A DNA stretch of 63,983 nucleotides, filler included, from Octopus bimaculoides (lineage: Eukaryota), in NCBI RefSeq assembly GCF_001194135.2. It is 9 parts of 7 records of this genome, joined end to end, with 100 filler letters (N's around TTAATTAATTAA, not from the genome) between each part and the next. Parts side by side here need not be neighbours in the genome. Positions count along the whole stretch, not along the records: positions 1 to 3,312 come from NC_069002.1; positions 3,413 to 13,679 come from NC_068981.1; 7 more parts are not named here. One strand, written 5' to 3'. Under the pieces are notes generated by a model that did no database searches, had not been told where the DNA came from, and saw only the letters and a program-made list of their open reading frames with translations. Positions 1 through 11,158 of this stretch are shown piece after piece; within the stretch, counting starts at the first letter, position 1; each line of letters opens with the position of its first letter. The position numbers were made by a program, and so were the translations under genes.

Positions 1-134
1 TATATATATATAAACATACATTAATATATATATATATATAAACATACATTAATATATATATATATATAAACATACATTAATATATACATATTTACATATA
101 CATGTCTAATAACACACACATATAGACATGTATG

Positions 135-169
<35 letters not shown>

Positions 170-260
170 GCATATTGTATATACATACATACATGCATGT
201 ATTTGTGTATTGATGCACATTATAGTATGTATGTCTGTGATAGAGTTTGTATGTTGACAT
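1..260. repeat. (TA)n/(TATG)n microsatellite mosaic with 3 copies of an ...AAACATACATTAA(TA)n unit
   Basis: Read directly from the sequence. Confidence 0.9.
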
Positions 261-1894
261 CACTAAAAGATGATGCTGGTTACTATCTTTCGTACCGTAG
301 CCTTTCGTGAAACAGTGATCGATAGATATCAGATTTAAAAATATGCTCGAGGTTTTGGTCATAAAATTGTTTACTTGGTTCGACATCGTTAACAAACTTT
401 TAAATTATTTAATGCGGTGCTCCAGTATGGCCACAGGACAGAGACTGAAATAAGTATGACACTAAGTGAATATAAATCGTCCAGCCCCTTACGTCCGCCA
501 TCACAATGAACTCCCTCTGCTCCGTTACAAATTCACTTAATGAATCCCCGTATTTATTACTACCAGGTTCGGTCTTGGTCGGTGGTAAAAACACATTACT
601 GTGTCAATTCCTACCTGTCCATTAAATCCTCGTTTAACCAACCCCAATAAAAAATGCTTCGGATATTCCGGACTAATTCATAATAATATAATACTCTGCC
701 TTCACAAAAGGGTAGAATATAAAATTATTATGAATAACTCTGAGTAGAGAAAAGGGTGAAGCGATTTACATGTTTATATACCAATTTATGCAGCGTGTAT
801 ATTGAAGTTTCTATAGTCTATATAATGCATAGAGTGTATATTCAAATTTCTTTTGTGTATATGTGTATAGTCTATATTAAAACCTCTTTTTTACACAATT
901 ATTTCTATTACACTGTTAGCTTCTTATTTAACGGACTTTTGTCATTCACAGATCCTCCACCAACACCTCGTATTAGTCCGTTAAATCGAGGTTTTACACT
1001 ATCTTAACGCAGATTGCTCAGTACCCCGACTAAACTCAGTTCTTCTCTTCTAAAATCATATTAAAACAGGGAGGGTACAAGGTTAGAAGGGAATACAGTT
1101 CCAGAAGAAAAGGACGTAATAACATTATTTAGAAGGGCACACTCCTTTTCTTGACGTCAGCACGTGCCCCTCAGCCACCACCACCACCACCACCACCACC
1201 TTGGGTCCGCTCCTGAAGGTGGTCAGTCAAACAAGCTAAAGTAGCCGAATCGGTCGAGCATCGGACAAAATGTCTTGCGCAAGTTAGTCACGTTAGTACT
1301 ACATCTTGATTTCGATTCTCGTTTGCGTTGAACTTGCCATTCATACATCCAGTGGCTGAAGAAATAAATACTAGTCATATAAACGGATGTTTAATCAAGA
1401 ATTTCTTCCTATATAAAACGTGACTGCGTTACAAATGAACAGCAACCACATTTTCTCTCAATCCCACCCAAAATTTTTGAAGATTGAAAATTCACTTTAT
1501 TCAATGGGGTTAACCAGAAGAAAACCTCTACATGTATGCTTAATCTAGTCGAAACTACAGTCATATGTGACACGTTTTACTTATTACCGCATTGAAGGAG
1601 GAAAGGTTACCTTAGAAAATTTAGTTTTAGTTAAAATAAGTGTGAATAAAAAAGGAGATAGTCCTGGTCGGAAGAGCTTTGATCTGGCACCTGTTTAAGG
1701 ATGGTGTAAAGTTAGCCAAGAACAGGAGACAAGGAAGATGTGTCGTTGAAGCTTCTTTCTAAGATTTAGAATAGAGATTAATTTGGGGATCCAGAGCAAA
1801 GCAAAACTGGTAAGGTAGAAGTAGAAATTTACTTCATTGTATCTACACGAGTATATTACTGGTACTCAGTTCATCCTCACATTATCACAAGTAA

Positions 1895-2030
1895 GGCTGC
1901 GTTGTAAGACATTTTCTTCTCACCCTCATAGTTCTAGGTTCAGTCCCACAACGTGGAACATTAGGCGGCCCCGGGTCGACCAATGACTTGTGAGTGAATC
2001 TGATAGACAGAAGCTGAAATAAACCCGTTG
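1895..2030 (+). mobile_element. tRNA-derived SINE, family A (5' part, degraded)
   Basis: Matches better copies at 11787 and 29172 (ggttcagtccca...ttgtgagtg...ctgaaa) and runs into (TG)n. Confidence 0.6.
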
Positions 2031-2150
2031 TGTGAGTGCGTGTGTGTGTGAGTGCGTGTGTGTGTGTGTATGTGTGTGTGCGTACGTGTGTGTGTGCGTG
2101 TGTGTGTATGTTTGCATATATGTCTGTGTGTGTATGCGTGTGCGTGCATA

Positions 2151-2407
2151 TACTCTTTTACTCTTCTACTTGTTTCAGTCATTTGACTGCGGCCATGCTG
2201 GAGCACCGCCTTTAGTCGAGCAAATCGACCCCAGGACTTATTCTTTGGAAGCCTAGTACTTATCCTATCGGTCTCTTTTGCCGAACCGCTAAGTTACGGC
2301 GACGTAAACACACCACCACCGGTTGTCAAGCGATGTTGGGGGGGACAAACACAGACACACACACATATATATATATCCATATATACGACGGGCTTCTTTC
2401 AGTTTCC
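2151..2407 (-). mobile_element. SINE family A, 3' half
   Basis: Reverse complement of the family A tail (gtccccgtaacttagcggttcggcaaaagagaccgatag...cagtcaaatgactgaaacaagt). Confidence 0.85.
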
Positions 2408-3312
2408 ATATATATCTATATATGTGTTTCTTGGTGCTTGTCTCCTTCCAGCGTTTAACAAGTTGTGTCGGTTTGTTTACCTCTTCGCAACATAGCGGTC
2501 CGGCAAAATAGCCCAATAAAATAAGTACCAGATTAAAAAAAAAATAAATATTAGAATCGATTCTCTTGATTACAGACACTTCAAGGCCGAACACAAGCAT
2601 GGGTGCAGTCAAATGACTGAAAGAACTTCAACAATAAAAATATTAAGAGTGGGCAACAGTCACCTGTGCATGGGATTGACCTTAGGAAATGGGAACCGAA
2701 ATATGAGAGAGGGGACAAATTTTTTAGAAACAGGAAAACAGGAGACAAGGGGACATTTTGCCTAAGAGAAAATCCGCCATTTATTCATATACATTGCCGT
2801 TTACTTACAAATACATGCACACACACACACACACACATACACACACACACACAATCTTCCCCTGAGGGTACATACGTGTGTGGATCTACATATATTATAT
2901 ACGTACGTGCTCACACAAACTCATATACAAACGCTAATGTATATGCATCATTATATATCCAACCAGAGGCACAGAAACTGACTGTCGCATCGGCGGCAAA
3001 CGCACGTATGATTGCATTTGCATTATGTATATACGTATGCATGGTCTGTATGTGTGTGTGTGTGTGTGTGTATGTGTGTGTGTGTGTAACTCCTTAACTC
3101 TTTAACTTGCTTTAGTTCTAAAGCTGCGATCATACTGGGGCACCACTATTGACATACACACACTTATATACGTACATACATACATATATATATTTATATA
3201 CTTCATCTATTGAGTACTGCTTCCATTGTTTGTATAAATTCTTGAATATACTGTATTGGACCAAAACTCAAGGACACACGCACACACACACGTGTGTATG
3301 CCTATATATATA

Positions 3313-3412
3313 NNNNNNNNNNNNNNNNNNNNNNNNNNNNNNNNNNNNNNNNNNNNTTAATTAATTAANNNNNNNNNNNNNNNNNNNNNNNNNNNNNNNN
3401 NNNNNNNNNNNN
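3313..3412. other. Artificial scaffold-join spacer N44-TTAATTAATTAA-N44; also at 13680, 30368, 34833, 53644, 56320, 59334, 61439
   Basis: Eight identical 100-bp cassettes; the 12-mer has stop codons in all six frames. Confidence 0.95.
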
Positions 3413-3776
3413 TTTTACCTGGCACGAACCCAAACTGCATCTCATCTAAATTGATTCGCTCCCTAATTAGTTGGGCTATGACCCTCTCTGTAACTTTCAT
3501 AACCTGATCTAACAGCTTGATGCCTCTGTAATTATTTGTATCTAAAGCGTCACCTTTACCTTTGTAGCAGTTGACTGTGATGCTGCTACACCAGTCATTG
3601 GGTATGACTCCTTCGTGTATCACCTGGTTCGTAATACGGGTGACTAGGCTATAGCCAACACTGCCAGATATTTTGAGCATCTCTGCAGTGATTCCTGATG
3701 GGCCGGGGGCTTTCCCGGTCTTCATACTCTTAATTGCTTTATCTACCCTGGTACTATCAACTCGGATGGCTGTCAT
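3413..3776 (-). mobile_element. RTE-clade LINE reverse transcriptase fragment (N-terminal RT region)
   Basis: ORF 3357..3776: KAIKSMKTGKAPGPSGITAEMLK...DWCSSITVNCYKGKGDALDTNNYRGIKLL...MQFGFVPG, typical non-LTR RT motifs. Confidence 0.92.
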
Positions 3777-3878
3777 TCATATGTTGTGACGGAGAAAAAC
3801 ACAAGAGTATTATCATAGTAAGAAGAATATCTTTCTCGCATCTCCTTCTCCTCCTTCTGTGCATGCACAGCTTCTTTA

Positions 3879-3892
3879 GTTACTATGGAAAC
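3879..3892. promoter_or_regulatory. RFX X-box-like motif GTTACTATGGAAAC
   Basis: Sequence match only; probably inside an unclassified repeat. Confidence 0.3.
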
Positions 3893-4150
3893 AGAGCCTT
3901 TCGCCACAGTGATGTGTAAAATACTTGCTTGTGATTGGCTAAAATACTCAAATTTTGCAAATTTTAAAGGCTAATAACTTTTTAATTATGGATTTATAGG
4001 AAAAATGAATTTCCTTTTCATAATTAGTATACAAAACTTAATCCATATACTAAATTTGAAAACAATTGGAACAAAATTGTAAACAGTGACGAAAACCCAC
4101 AAAGATTCATCAAGTAGCCAGCATGTAATAAACCATATAGGTAAAGATTA

Positions 4151-4557
4151 ATACAAAATACATAATTATATAAATATAATTATAGTAAGGGCACTAATGA
4201 GTAGCACCACATGCTAGAAATAGATGCGAAATGACTCTAAGAACTACATTATTTACCACATTGGCACAGGCTTAAAGCAAGGAATATGAACAAAAATGAT
4301 TTTTTTTAAGAATAGTTTAATGATGGATTGATTTCTTGTTTAGGGATAACTCAGTTATACCATACTAAACTAGAAATTGATCTATGGTCAAACCATTAAA
4401 AAAAAAAATCTTTTTTGTTCATTTCCCTTTCTTTCAGCCTGTACCAGTGTGATAAATAATGTAGTTCTTAGAGCCGTTTGGCATCTATTTCTAGCATGTG
4501 GTGCTACTCATTAGTGCCCTTACTATAATTATATTTATAGAATTATATGTTTTATAT
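4151..4557. repeat. ~400-bp foldback element with ~150-bp inverted arms and a near-palindromic centre
   Basis: ataattatagtaagggcactaatgagtagcaccacatgctagaaatagatg (left) pairs with catctatttctagcatgtggtgctactcattagtgcccttactataattat (right). Confidence 0.9.
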
Positions 4558-4565
4558 ATATATAT

Positions 4566-4792
4566 TATCATCCTCATCCTCATCATCGTTTAATGTCCAT
4601 TTTCCAAGCTGGCATGGGTTGGATGGTTTGACTGAGGTCTGGAGAGCCAGCAGCTGCACCAGGCTCCAATTCTGACCTGGCAATGTTTCTATAGCTGGAT
4701 GCCCTTCCTAACACCAACCACTCCGAGAGTGTAGTGGGTGCTTTTTACGTGCCACCAGCACAGGAGCCAGTCAGGGGGCACTGGCATCGGCC
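4566..4792 (-). mobile_element. RTE LINE 3' UTR/tail fragment ending in (GAT)n
   Basis: Reverse complement of the 3' end of the RTE copy at 11159-11651. Confidence 0.8.
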
Positions 4793-5045
4793 TATATATA
4801 TATATATATAGGCCGATGCATTTTTCTGCAAAATATGGGTAGTTTATCCTGTTCATGCTATATTATTAGCATTATCCTGCATTTGAAAATAAAATTATTT
4901 CCTTACCTTTCAATACATCTCAGCGCTTCTAAATCAAACTTTGTTACTTTCAGTGTAATTTGAATATATANNNNNNNNNNNNNNNNNNNNNNNNNNNNNN
5001 NNNNNNNNNNNNNNNNNNNNNNNNNNNNNNNNNNNNNNNNNNNNN

Positions 5046-5262
5046 CCCCACAAATGCTTGATGACTGGTGTTGATGTGTTTATGTCTGTGTAACTTAGCA
5101 GTTCAGCAAAAGAGTCTGATAGAATAAGTACCAAGCTTTTTTTTAAAAAAAAAAAAAGAAAGAAAGAAAGAAGTACTGAGGTTGATTCATACAACTAAAA
5201 GTTCTTTAAGGCCATGCCCCAGCATGGCCACAGTCTAATGACTGAAACAAGTACATGATAAA
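5046..5262 (+). mobile_element. SINE family A, 3' half
   Basis: Family tail motifs, with CpGs decayed. Confidence 0.8.
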
Positions 5263-5945
5263 AGATACACGTCCCAACACACTCAAAAGTTCAATTGTTT
5301 ACATGTCCTGTGAATGATGTAGCTACATCCATATTACTCAGATCTCTTGTGTAACCTGTTTGTTTTGGTTTCGGTGTTTGTGTATTCACTCAAATTTCAG
5401 TTCAAGAAATAAGTTAGAGAAATTAAATAAAAGAGGATTTGAAAGCCGCTCACACTGAAAATACAGGATATAACTGTGAAAAAGAAAAATGTGTGAGAAT
5501 TATTAATAGGAGAACTTGTTTCATTTTTTAGCTCTATTTACCTGTTTTAATAATATAAATATGGGTATTTATGAGTCTAATCAAACTGAAAGTGTTGCAT
5601 TGTTTTGTCAAAGCATATCAGTTCCTGCCATTGGTTGTAAACATTTAGAAACTAAAATGTTGTCTTATTCTATATCCTGGTTAGCGTAATGATTTTTTTT
5701 TGTGGTGAATGCTTGAATAGACTTTTGCTGTCAAATGTCATCGTAGGTGTAGATTAATAGAGGACACTTGTCATTTTTCCTGATTATTTTTGTTCTCATA
5801 GAGCAAGCAGTAACACGTGAGGTTTTACATGCAAGCTGAGGTGAATATTTAACATTTCTTCACTATATATGTATATTTGTTAACCCATTTTTCTATTACC
5901 AATCCATCAAAGACCATCCCTATTTCTATGTTACTAACCGTTATA

Positions 5946-6143
5946 CAGGTTTACAGTTATTCAAGTATCTCTTTCGCATTCATATAATAATAGTTTAGAT
6001 CTTAATTATTAAAAAAAATACGAAACCGTTATTCTATGCTAATTTAGTTAATTGTAACATAGAAATTTAAATGTAATAAAATGTTTTAAAAGAAATTCAA
6101 AGTGCTTACGTGATAACTGTAAACCTACATTTGGGTCACCCTG
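5946..6143. mobile_element. Tc1/mariner-type MITE
   Basis: TA flanks; right TIR reads CAGGGTGACCCAAATGTAGGTTTACAGTTAT; left TIR CAGGTTTACAGTTAT is the same with an internal deletion. Confidence 0.6.
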
Positions 6144-6157
6144 TATATATGCATATG

Positions 6158-6237
<80 letters not shown>

Positions 6238-6351
6238 NNNNNNNNNNTATATGTATATATATAGGGAGGATTCACAAAAAACAACAGAAGAAGACAGGTG
6301 GTGTAGAAAACAAACAGATGTATTAGTATAACACTCGGGAATTGAAAAAGT

Positions 6352-6387
6352 CTTTAACGTTTTGAGCCTATGCTCTTCCACAGAAAG
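6352..6387 (-). ncRNA. Variant minimal type-I hammerhead-like motif (core CUGUGGA, G12A)
   Basis: Minus strand: CTTT-CTGTGGA-A-GAGC-ATAG-GCTC-AAAAC-GTT-AAAG; helix I 4 bp, helix II 4 bp, AACGTT palindrome. Confidence 0.5.
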
Positions 6388-6762
6388 GAACACAGAAAGA
6401 AATAAGGAAAGAAACAAGCAGAGAAAAAAAATGTGTGTAGTGGTTAGCGATACACATACAGAGCTGGGCATAAGTCCATTAATCTTTAATTAACAAAGCT
6501 AACATTTTCGTTGTTGATTTAACTTTTAAGTTAACTTTGAAAATCATTATTGGACTAATTAACTTCCGTTACATTTACCTTCTGTTAACTCCAGTCCGTC
6601 AATCCCAAAATTTCATAAAAACTAGTAAACATTTATGTTTCTATTGTTTTCAGATTGTCTTAACATATTCAATATTGTACGTGTCATTCTTTCAGCCTTT
6701 TATAATTTAATGTTTTTAAAATTTAAAACTATAAAATCAGCATTTTTTAACTCTAAAACAAA

Positions 6763-7021
6763 CATTATTTACATTTGACGGATATTTGTCCTCATCTTGT
6801 TTGTTGTTAATACGTTTCGGCTGATATACCCTCCAGCCTTTGTCAGGTGTCTTGGGGAAATTTTGAACCTGGGTTCTCATTCCTAACGATGTTACTATTA
6901 TTATATTATTATTATTATTACTATTATTAATCAGGTCACTGCCGTGAATCGAACTTGGAATCTTGGGGTTAGTACCCCGCGCTCTTAACCACTCGCGCTC
7001 TTAACCACTACGCCATATGCC
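6763..7021 (-). mobile_element. Composite SINE-like element: tRNA-like head + (AAT)n + hammerhead-bearing tail
   Basis: Minus strand: GGCATATGGCGTAGTGG (A box), GTTCGATTC (B box), AAT run, then an HHR remnant and a tail shared with 25632-25868. Confidence 0.8.
6808..6851 (-). ncRNA. Degenerate hammerhead ribozyme (core CUGACAA, helix I 3' strand damaged)
   Basis: GACAC-CTGACAA-A-GGCTG-GAGGGTATAT-CAGCC-GAAAC-GTA; homologous to the intact motif at 25741. Confidence 0.6.
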
Positions 7022-7143
7022 TGTGGGCAATTATGGAGTGAATNNNNNNNNNNNNNNNNNNNNNNNNNNNNNNNNNNNNNNNNNNNNNNNNNNNNNNNNN
7101 NNNNNNNNNNNNNNNNNNNNNNNNNNNNNNNNNNNNNNNNNNN

Positions 7144-7433
7144 TACTTATTCTATCGGTTTCTTTTGCTGAACCGCTAAGTTACGGGGACGTATACACAC
7201 CAGCATCGATTGTCAAGTATGTTGGGGGGACAAACACACACACACATATATATATACATATACATATATACGACAGGCTTCTTTCAGTTTCCATCTACCA
7301 AATCCACTCACAAGGCTTTGGTCGGCCCGAGACTATAGTAGAAGACACTTGCCCAAGATGCCACATAGTGGGACTGAACCCAGAACCATGTGGTTGGTAA
7401 GCAAGCTACTTACCACGCAACCACTTCTGCACC
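7144..7433 (-). mobile_element. SINE family A, near full length
   Basis: Head GTGGTAAGTAGCTTGCTTACCAACCACATGGTTCTGGGTTCAGTCCC plus body and tail motifs. Confidence 0.88.
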
Positions 7434-7632
7434 TTATATATATAAAATTATTAATATGTATGCATAGAAAAGATATTCCTGTTATCGCTGTTGTGTGTTT
7501 TGGGCTCGTGTAGGGTCTATTATATTGTATGTTCCTATATAAAACAGTAAGGTATCATATGAGAGAGTTTTGACACCTATTTGTAGCAAGTTGGGTGACT
7601 AGGCAGAGACCCTTTCATTCACTTTTATCTAC

Positions 7633-7708
7633 CTGTAGCATGGCAAGCAACCGTTTTCACGTAATAGGCTGCATGAAACATGGCTTGTCATTCGGTAGGC
7701 CTCCAATA
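7633..7708 (-). CDS. Candidate internal exon, unknown gene (LEAYRMTSHVSCSLLRENGCLPCY)
   Basis: TTTTTTTGCAG acceptor, CAG|GTAGAT donor, one open frame; no homology recognised. Confidence 0.2.
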
Positions 7709-8211
7709 CTGCAAAAAAACTTTCAGTCAATTTTTCATTAAGGATATTCACATGTCACAGTTTGCTCTTGACTGGCCTATTGTGTAAGTGACATTTGCTC
7801 AAGAACTATTTTCTATGCCTGACTCATGAAGTGTATTTCCCTAGCTGCATACTATCATGAATAAAAGCCTCTGAAATAGCTTTTGTTTACAACTGGATCT
7901 TATCTTGTACATATGCTGTACACTCACATGATCTCTATTTCAGCCTTTGTTTAATCTTTCTGTTATTTATTTGATTATTTTAAACTTTGCGTTCTCCTCT
8001 CCCAGTTCTGTTATTTTCTACAAAATCAGGAAATGTGGCCCCAAACTCACACTGCGCAGCTGATGATTGGCTCTGGTGACACACCTATGTATCCAGACAG
8101 TCTTTGATTCATCTGCTTTCTATGTATCTGTGTGTGTGTGTGTGTCAGATTATTTATAGATTTCTTTATAGGCAAAGAAATAAATATGGATACACAGATA
8201 TGGAAACATAT

Positions 8212-8388
8212 CATCATCATCATCATCGTTTAACGTCCGCTTTCCATGCTAGCATGGGTCGGGCGATTTGACTGAGGACTGGTGAACCGGATGGCTACAC
8301 CAGGCTCCAATCTGATCTGGCAGAGTTTCTACAGCTGGATGCCCTTCCTAACTCCAACCACTCCGAGAGTGTAGTGGGTGCTTTTACG
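8212..8388 (-). mobile_element. RTE LINE 3' tail fragment
   Basis: (CAT)n-cgtttaacgtccgctttccatgctagcatggg is the reverse complement of the 11600-11651 tail. Confidence 0.85.
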
Positions 8389-9014
8389 TATATATATGTA
8401 AATGCAGTGTACATTTAAACACANNNNNNNNNNNNNNNNNNNNNNNNNNNNNNNNNNNNNNNNNNNNNNNNNNNNNNNNNNNNNNNNNNNNNNNNNNNNN
8501 NNNNNNNNNNNNNNNNNNNNNNNNNNNNNNNNNNNNNNNNNNNNNNNNNNNNNNNNNNNNNNNNNNNNNNNNNNNNNNNNNNNNNNNNNNNNNNNNNNNN
8601 NNNNNNNNNNNNNNNNNNNNNNNNNNNNNNNNNNNNNNNNNNNNNNNNNNNNNNNNNNNNNNNNNNNNNNNNNNNNNNNNNNNNNNNNNNNNNNNNNNNN
8701 NNNNNNNNNNNNNNNNNNNNNNNNNNNNNNNNNNNNNNNNNNNNNNNNNNNNNNNNNNNNNNNNNNNNNNNNNNNNNNNNNNNNNNNNNNNNNNNNNNNN
8801 NNNNNNNNNNNNNNNNNNNNNNNNNNNNNNNNNNNNNNNNNNNNNNNNNNNNNNNNNNNNNNNNNNNNNNNNNNNNNNNNNNNNNNNNNNNNNNNNNNNN
8901 NNNNNNNNNNNNNNNNNNNNNNNNNNNNNNNNNNNNNNNNNNNNNNNNNNNNNNNNNNNNNNNNNNNNNNNNNNNNNNNNNNNNNNNNNNNNNNNNNNNN
9001 NNNNNNNNNNNNNN

Positions 9015-9054
<40 letters not shown>

Positions 9055-9055
<1 letters not shown>

Positions 9056-9553
9056 AAGTAGTTGTATACTGTCAACTTAATGTGACAGTCCCAATAAGGG
9101 AGTCATACTACTGCTATTTAGCCCTAGGAAGCTGGACCACTTCCTGTCGGCCTTGACAAATTTCCTGTGTCCTTATGTTTACAAAATTTAGAAATAGATT
9201 ATTTCTAATTTTGTAATCAGTGAATGTATTTCACTAGAATTGTATATTTACGAGAGCTTGACAGGCATCTTCAGCTAGTAAGTCATGCTACTTCAGGCTG
9301 ATGACGAGCAAAAACTCAGAAACATGTCCCTGGATGCACGCTTGGCTGGGTGGGGATGCTTGTCTCCCCCTCATAAGCATAAGGATACAGGAAATGTGTC
9401 AACGCCGACAGGAAGCGGTCCAGCTTCCTAGGGCTAAATAGCACTAGTATGATTCCCTTATTGGGACTGTCACGTTAAGTTGACAGTATACAACTACTTT
9501 ATCGTACCACTACTGCTTAAGTCTCTCTCAGAGATTTAGAAATAGATTATTTC

Positions 9554-9557
<4 letters not shown>
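9055..9557. mobile_element. Penelope-like foldback: 123-bp inverted arms (9055-9177 / 9378-9500) around an HHR-bearing core
   Basis: Arms differ at only a handful of positions; the palindrome TTAGAAATAGATTATTTCTAA occurs at ~9189 and ~9536. Confidence 0.75.
9292..9334 (+). ncRNA. Minimal type-I hammerhead ribozyme
   Basis: TTCAGG-CTGATGA-C-GAG-CAAAAA-CTC-A-GAAAC-AT-GTC-CCTGGA; 6-bp helix I, ACATGT palindromic helix III, GUC site; C/A mismatch at the base of helix II. Confidence 0.7.
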
Positions 9558-9597
<40 letters not shown>

Positions 9598-9666
9598 AAA
9601 GATAAAACATCTGTTTCAGCATATGATTTTTCACATCAAGAATATTGCAAAGCAATTACAAAAATG

Positions 9667-10130
9667 ATAGGCTGGACAAAGTTCAGAGAGCTACTGCCTC
9701 TTTTAGTAATGAAGGGCCTCCCCTCAGAGTTGAAGGCAAATTATATAATGCCTGTGTACGAACAGCTATGCTACATGGCAGTGAGACATGGGCTGTGATT
9801 ACTGAGGATATGCAAAAGCTTAAAAAGAATGAAGCCAGTATGCTCCGCTGGATGGGTATTGTCAGTGTGCATGTATGACAGAGTGAGATTCGAGAGAAAG
9901 AACTGGGTATAAGACGTGACAGATGTAGCATGCAAGAGAGAAGACTGAAATGGTATGACCATGTAATGCATATGAATGGAGACAGTTTCATGAAGAGGTG
10001 CCAATCTCTAATTGTAGAAGGAACATGTGGAAGATGTAAAATGAAGTGGTAAGAAAGGATCTACAGATGGGATGACAGGGGACCAAGACTCCTGGCAGTA
10101 TACTGTGCTTGAAAGCCCACATTAAGCTAA
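9667..10130 (+). mobile_element. RTE LINE ORF 3' portion, decayed
   Basis: GWTKFRELLPLL.../GKLYNACVRTAMLHGSETWAV...NEASMLRWM...RRLKWYDHVM, with frameshifts and stops. Confidence 0.9.
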
Positions 10131-10744
10131 GTAAAAGCATGGTTGTCTTTGAATACAGGCTTGTACCCTGCGTCCCTCTCCTGCTGAGCATTCCTAATCT
10201 TGTGGACACATAGGTGGTGGTACTGTAGTGAGAATATATATTCAGTATCAAGTATTGATATGGCTGCCTGTATATTATTACAAGAATTCTTACACAGAAG
10301 AAGAATAAATTTAAGAACTATATATTTACTACATAAAAATATATTTTAGTTATAGGTCAACAATGAAACATAATCAAAATGTAGAATCTAGTTGAATGAA
10401 GTAATCTATGCAAGGAAGTTCAGAAATAGGAAATGTAGAAATAACAGCTAAGTGGTGGTTTTCAGTCATGTGGCGTAGAGAAATAGACGGACATAGCAAT
10501 GGCATGAATGACTCTAAGTCTAATCGCCTAAGAAGCAAAGAGCAGGGTTAGCAAGCTGTTTTTATTAATGGAACGCTAGACATTCTAGAAACTTCCAAGA
10601 GAAACGCTAAGCTTCTTGAATAATTAAGAATCATGTCTCATGACACAGATGCTTAGAGAGACTTAGTAAAGGGAGGTTACTCTATAATCCTTCTTGCAAG
10701 GGAGATCATTCAACTATCTAGCTACCACTACAGTACCATGTAAA

Positions 10745-10893
10745 TGCACCCATGCTGGTGCTGTGAGGAAGCACTCTGTAAAATGGTTGGTGTTAAGAAG
10801 GGCATCTAGCTGCAGAAACCAAGCCAAAACAGACAGCTTCTGTCAAGCTGTCCAACCCATGCCAGCATTGAAAACTGATGTTAAATGATGGCA
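10745..10893 (+). mobile_element. RTE 3' tail fragment
   Basis: ggttggtgttaagaagggcatctagctg...ccaacccatgccagc...gttaaatgatg. Confidence 0.7.
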
Positions 10894-11158
10894 GTGGTGA
10901 TGCTACACACACACACACACACACACCATACTAAGAATATTGTTGGTTGCTTGGTCATGTCACACAAAGGAAGATGACTCAATCTTATTTGTGCTATTTG
11001 TCTTATCTATTGTATTTTCACTAAAGTGTTATATATCAAATAACAATAGTTTGAGAGTATTCTTGCATTATAATAATATGAGTTGATATTACTTTTACAA
11101 GTAATGGTTGACAGTGTAATTCATGGTTGAACAGTATTGTTATTCCTAATATATATAG

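Noticed and set aside
1152-1166. CRE (TGACGTCA) next to an E-box (CACGTG)
   Set aside because: Short motifs with no gene context; chance cannot be excluded.
8329-9075. Long ORFs spanning N runs (also 19015-20354, 47090-47995, 49758-50420, 59565-60857)
   Set aside because: Length comes from Ns and dinucleotide or trinucleotide repeats.
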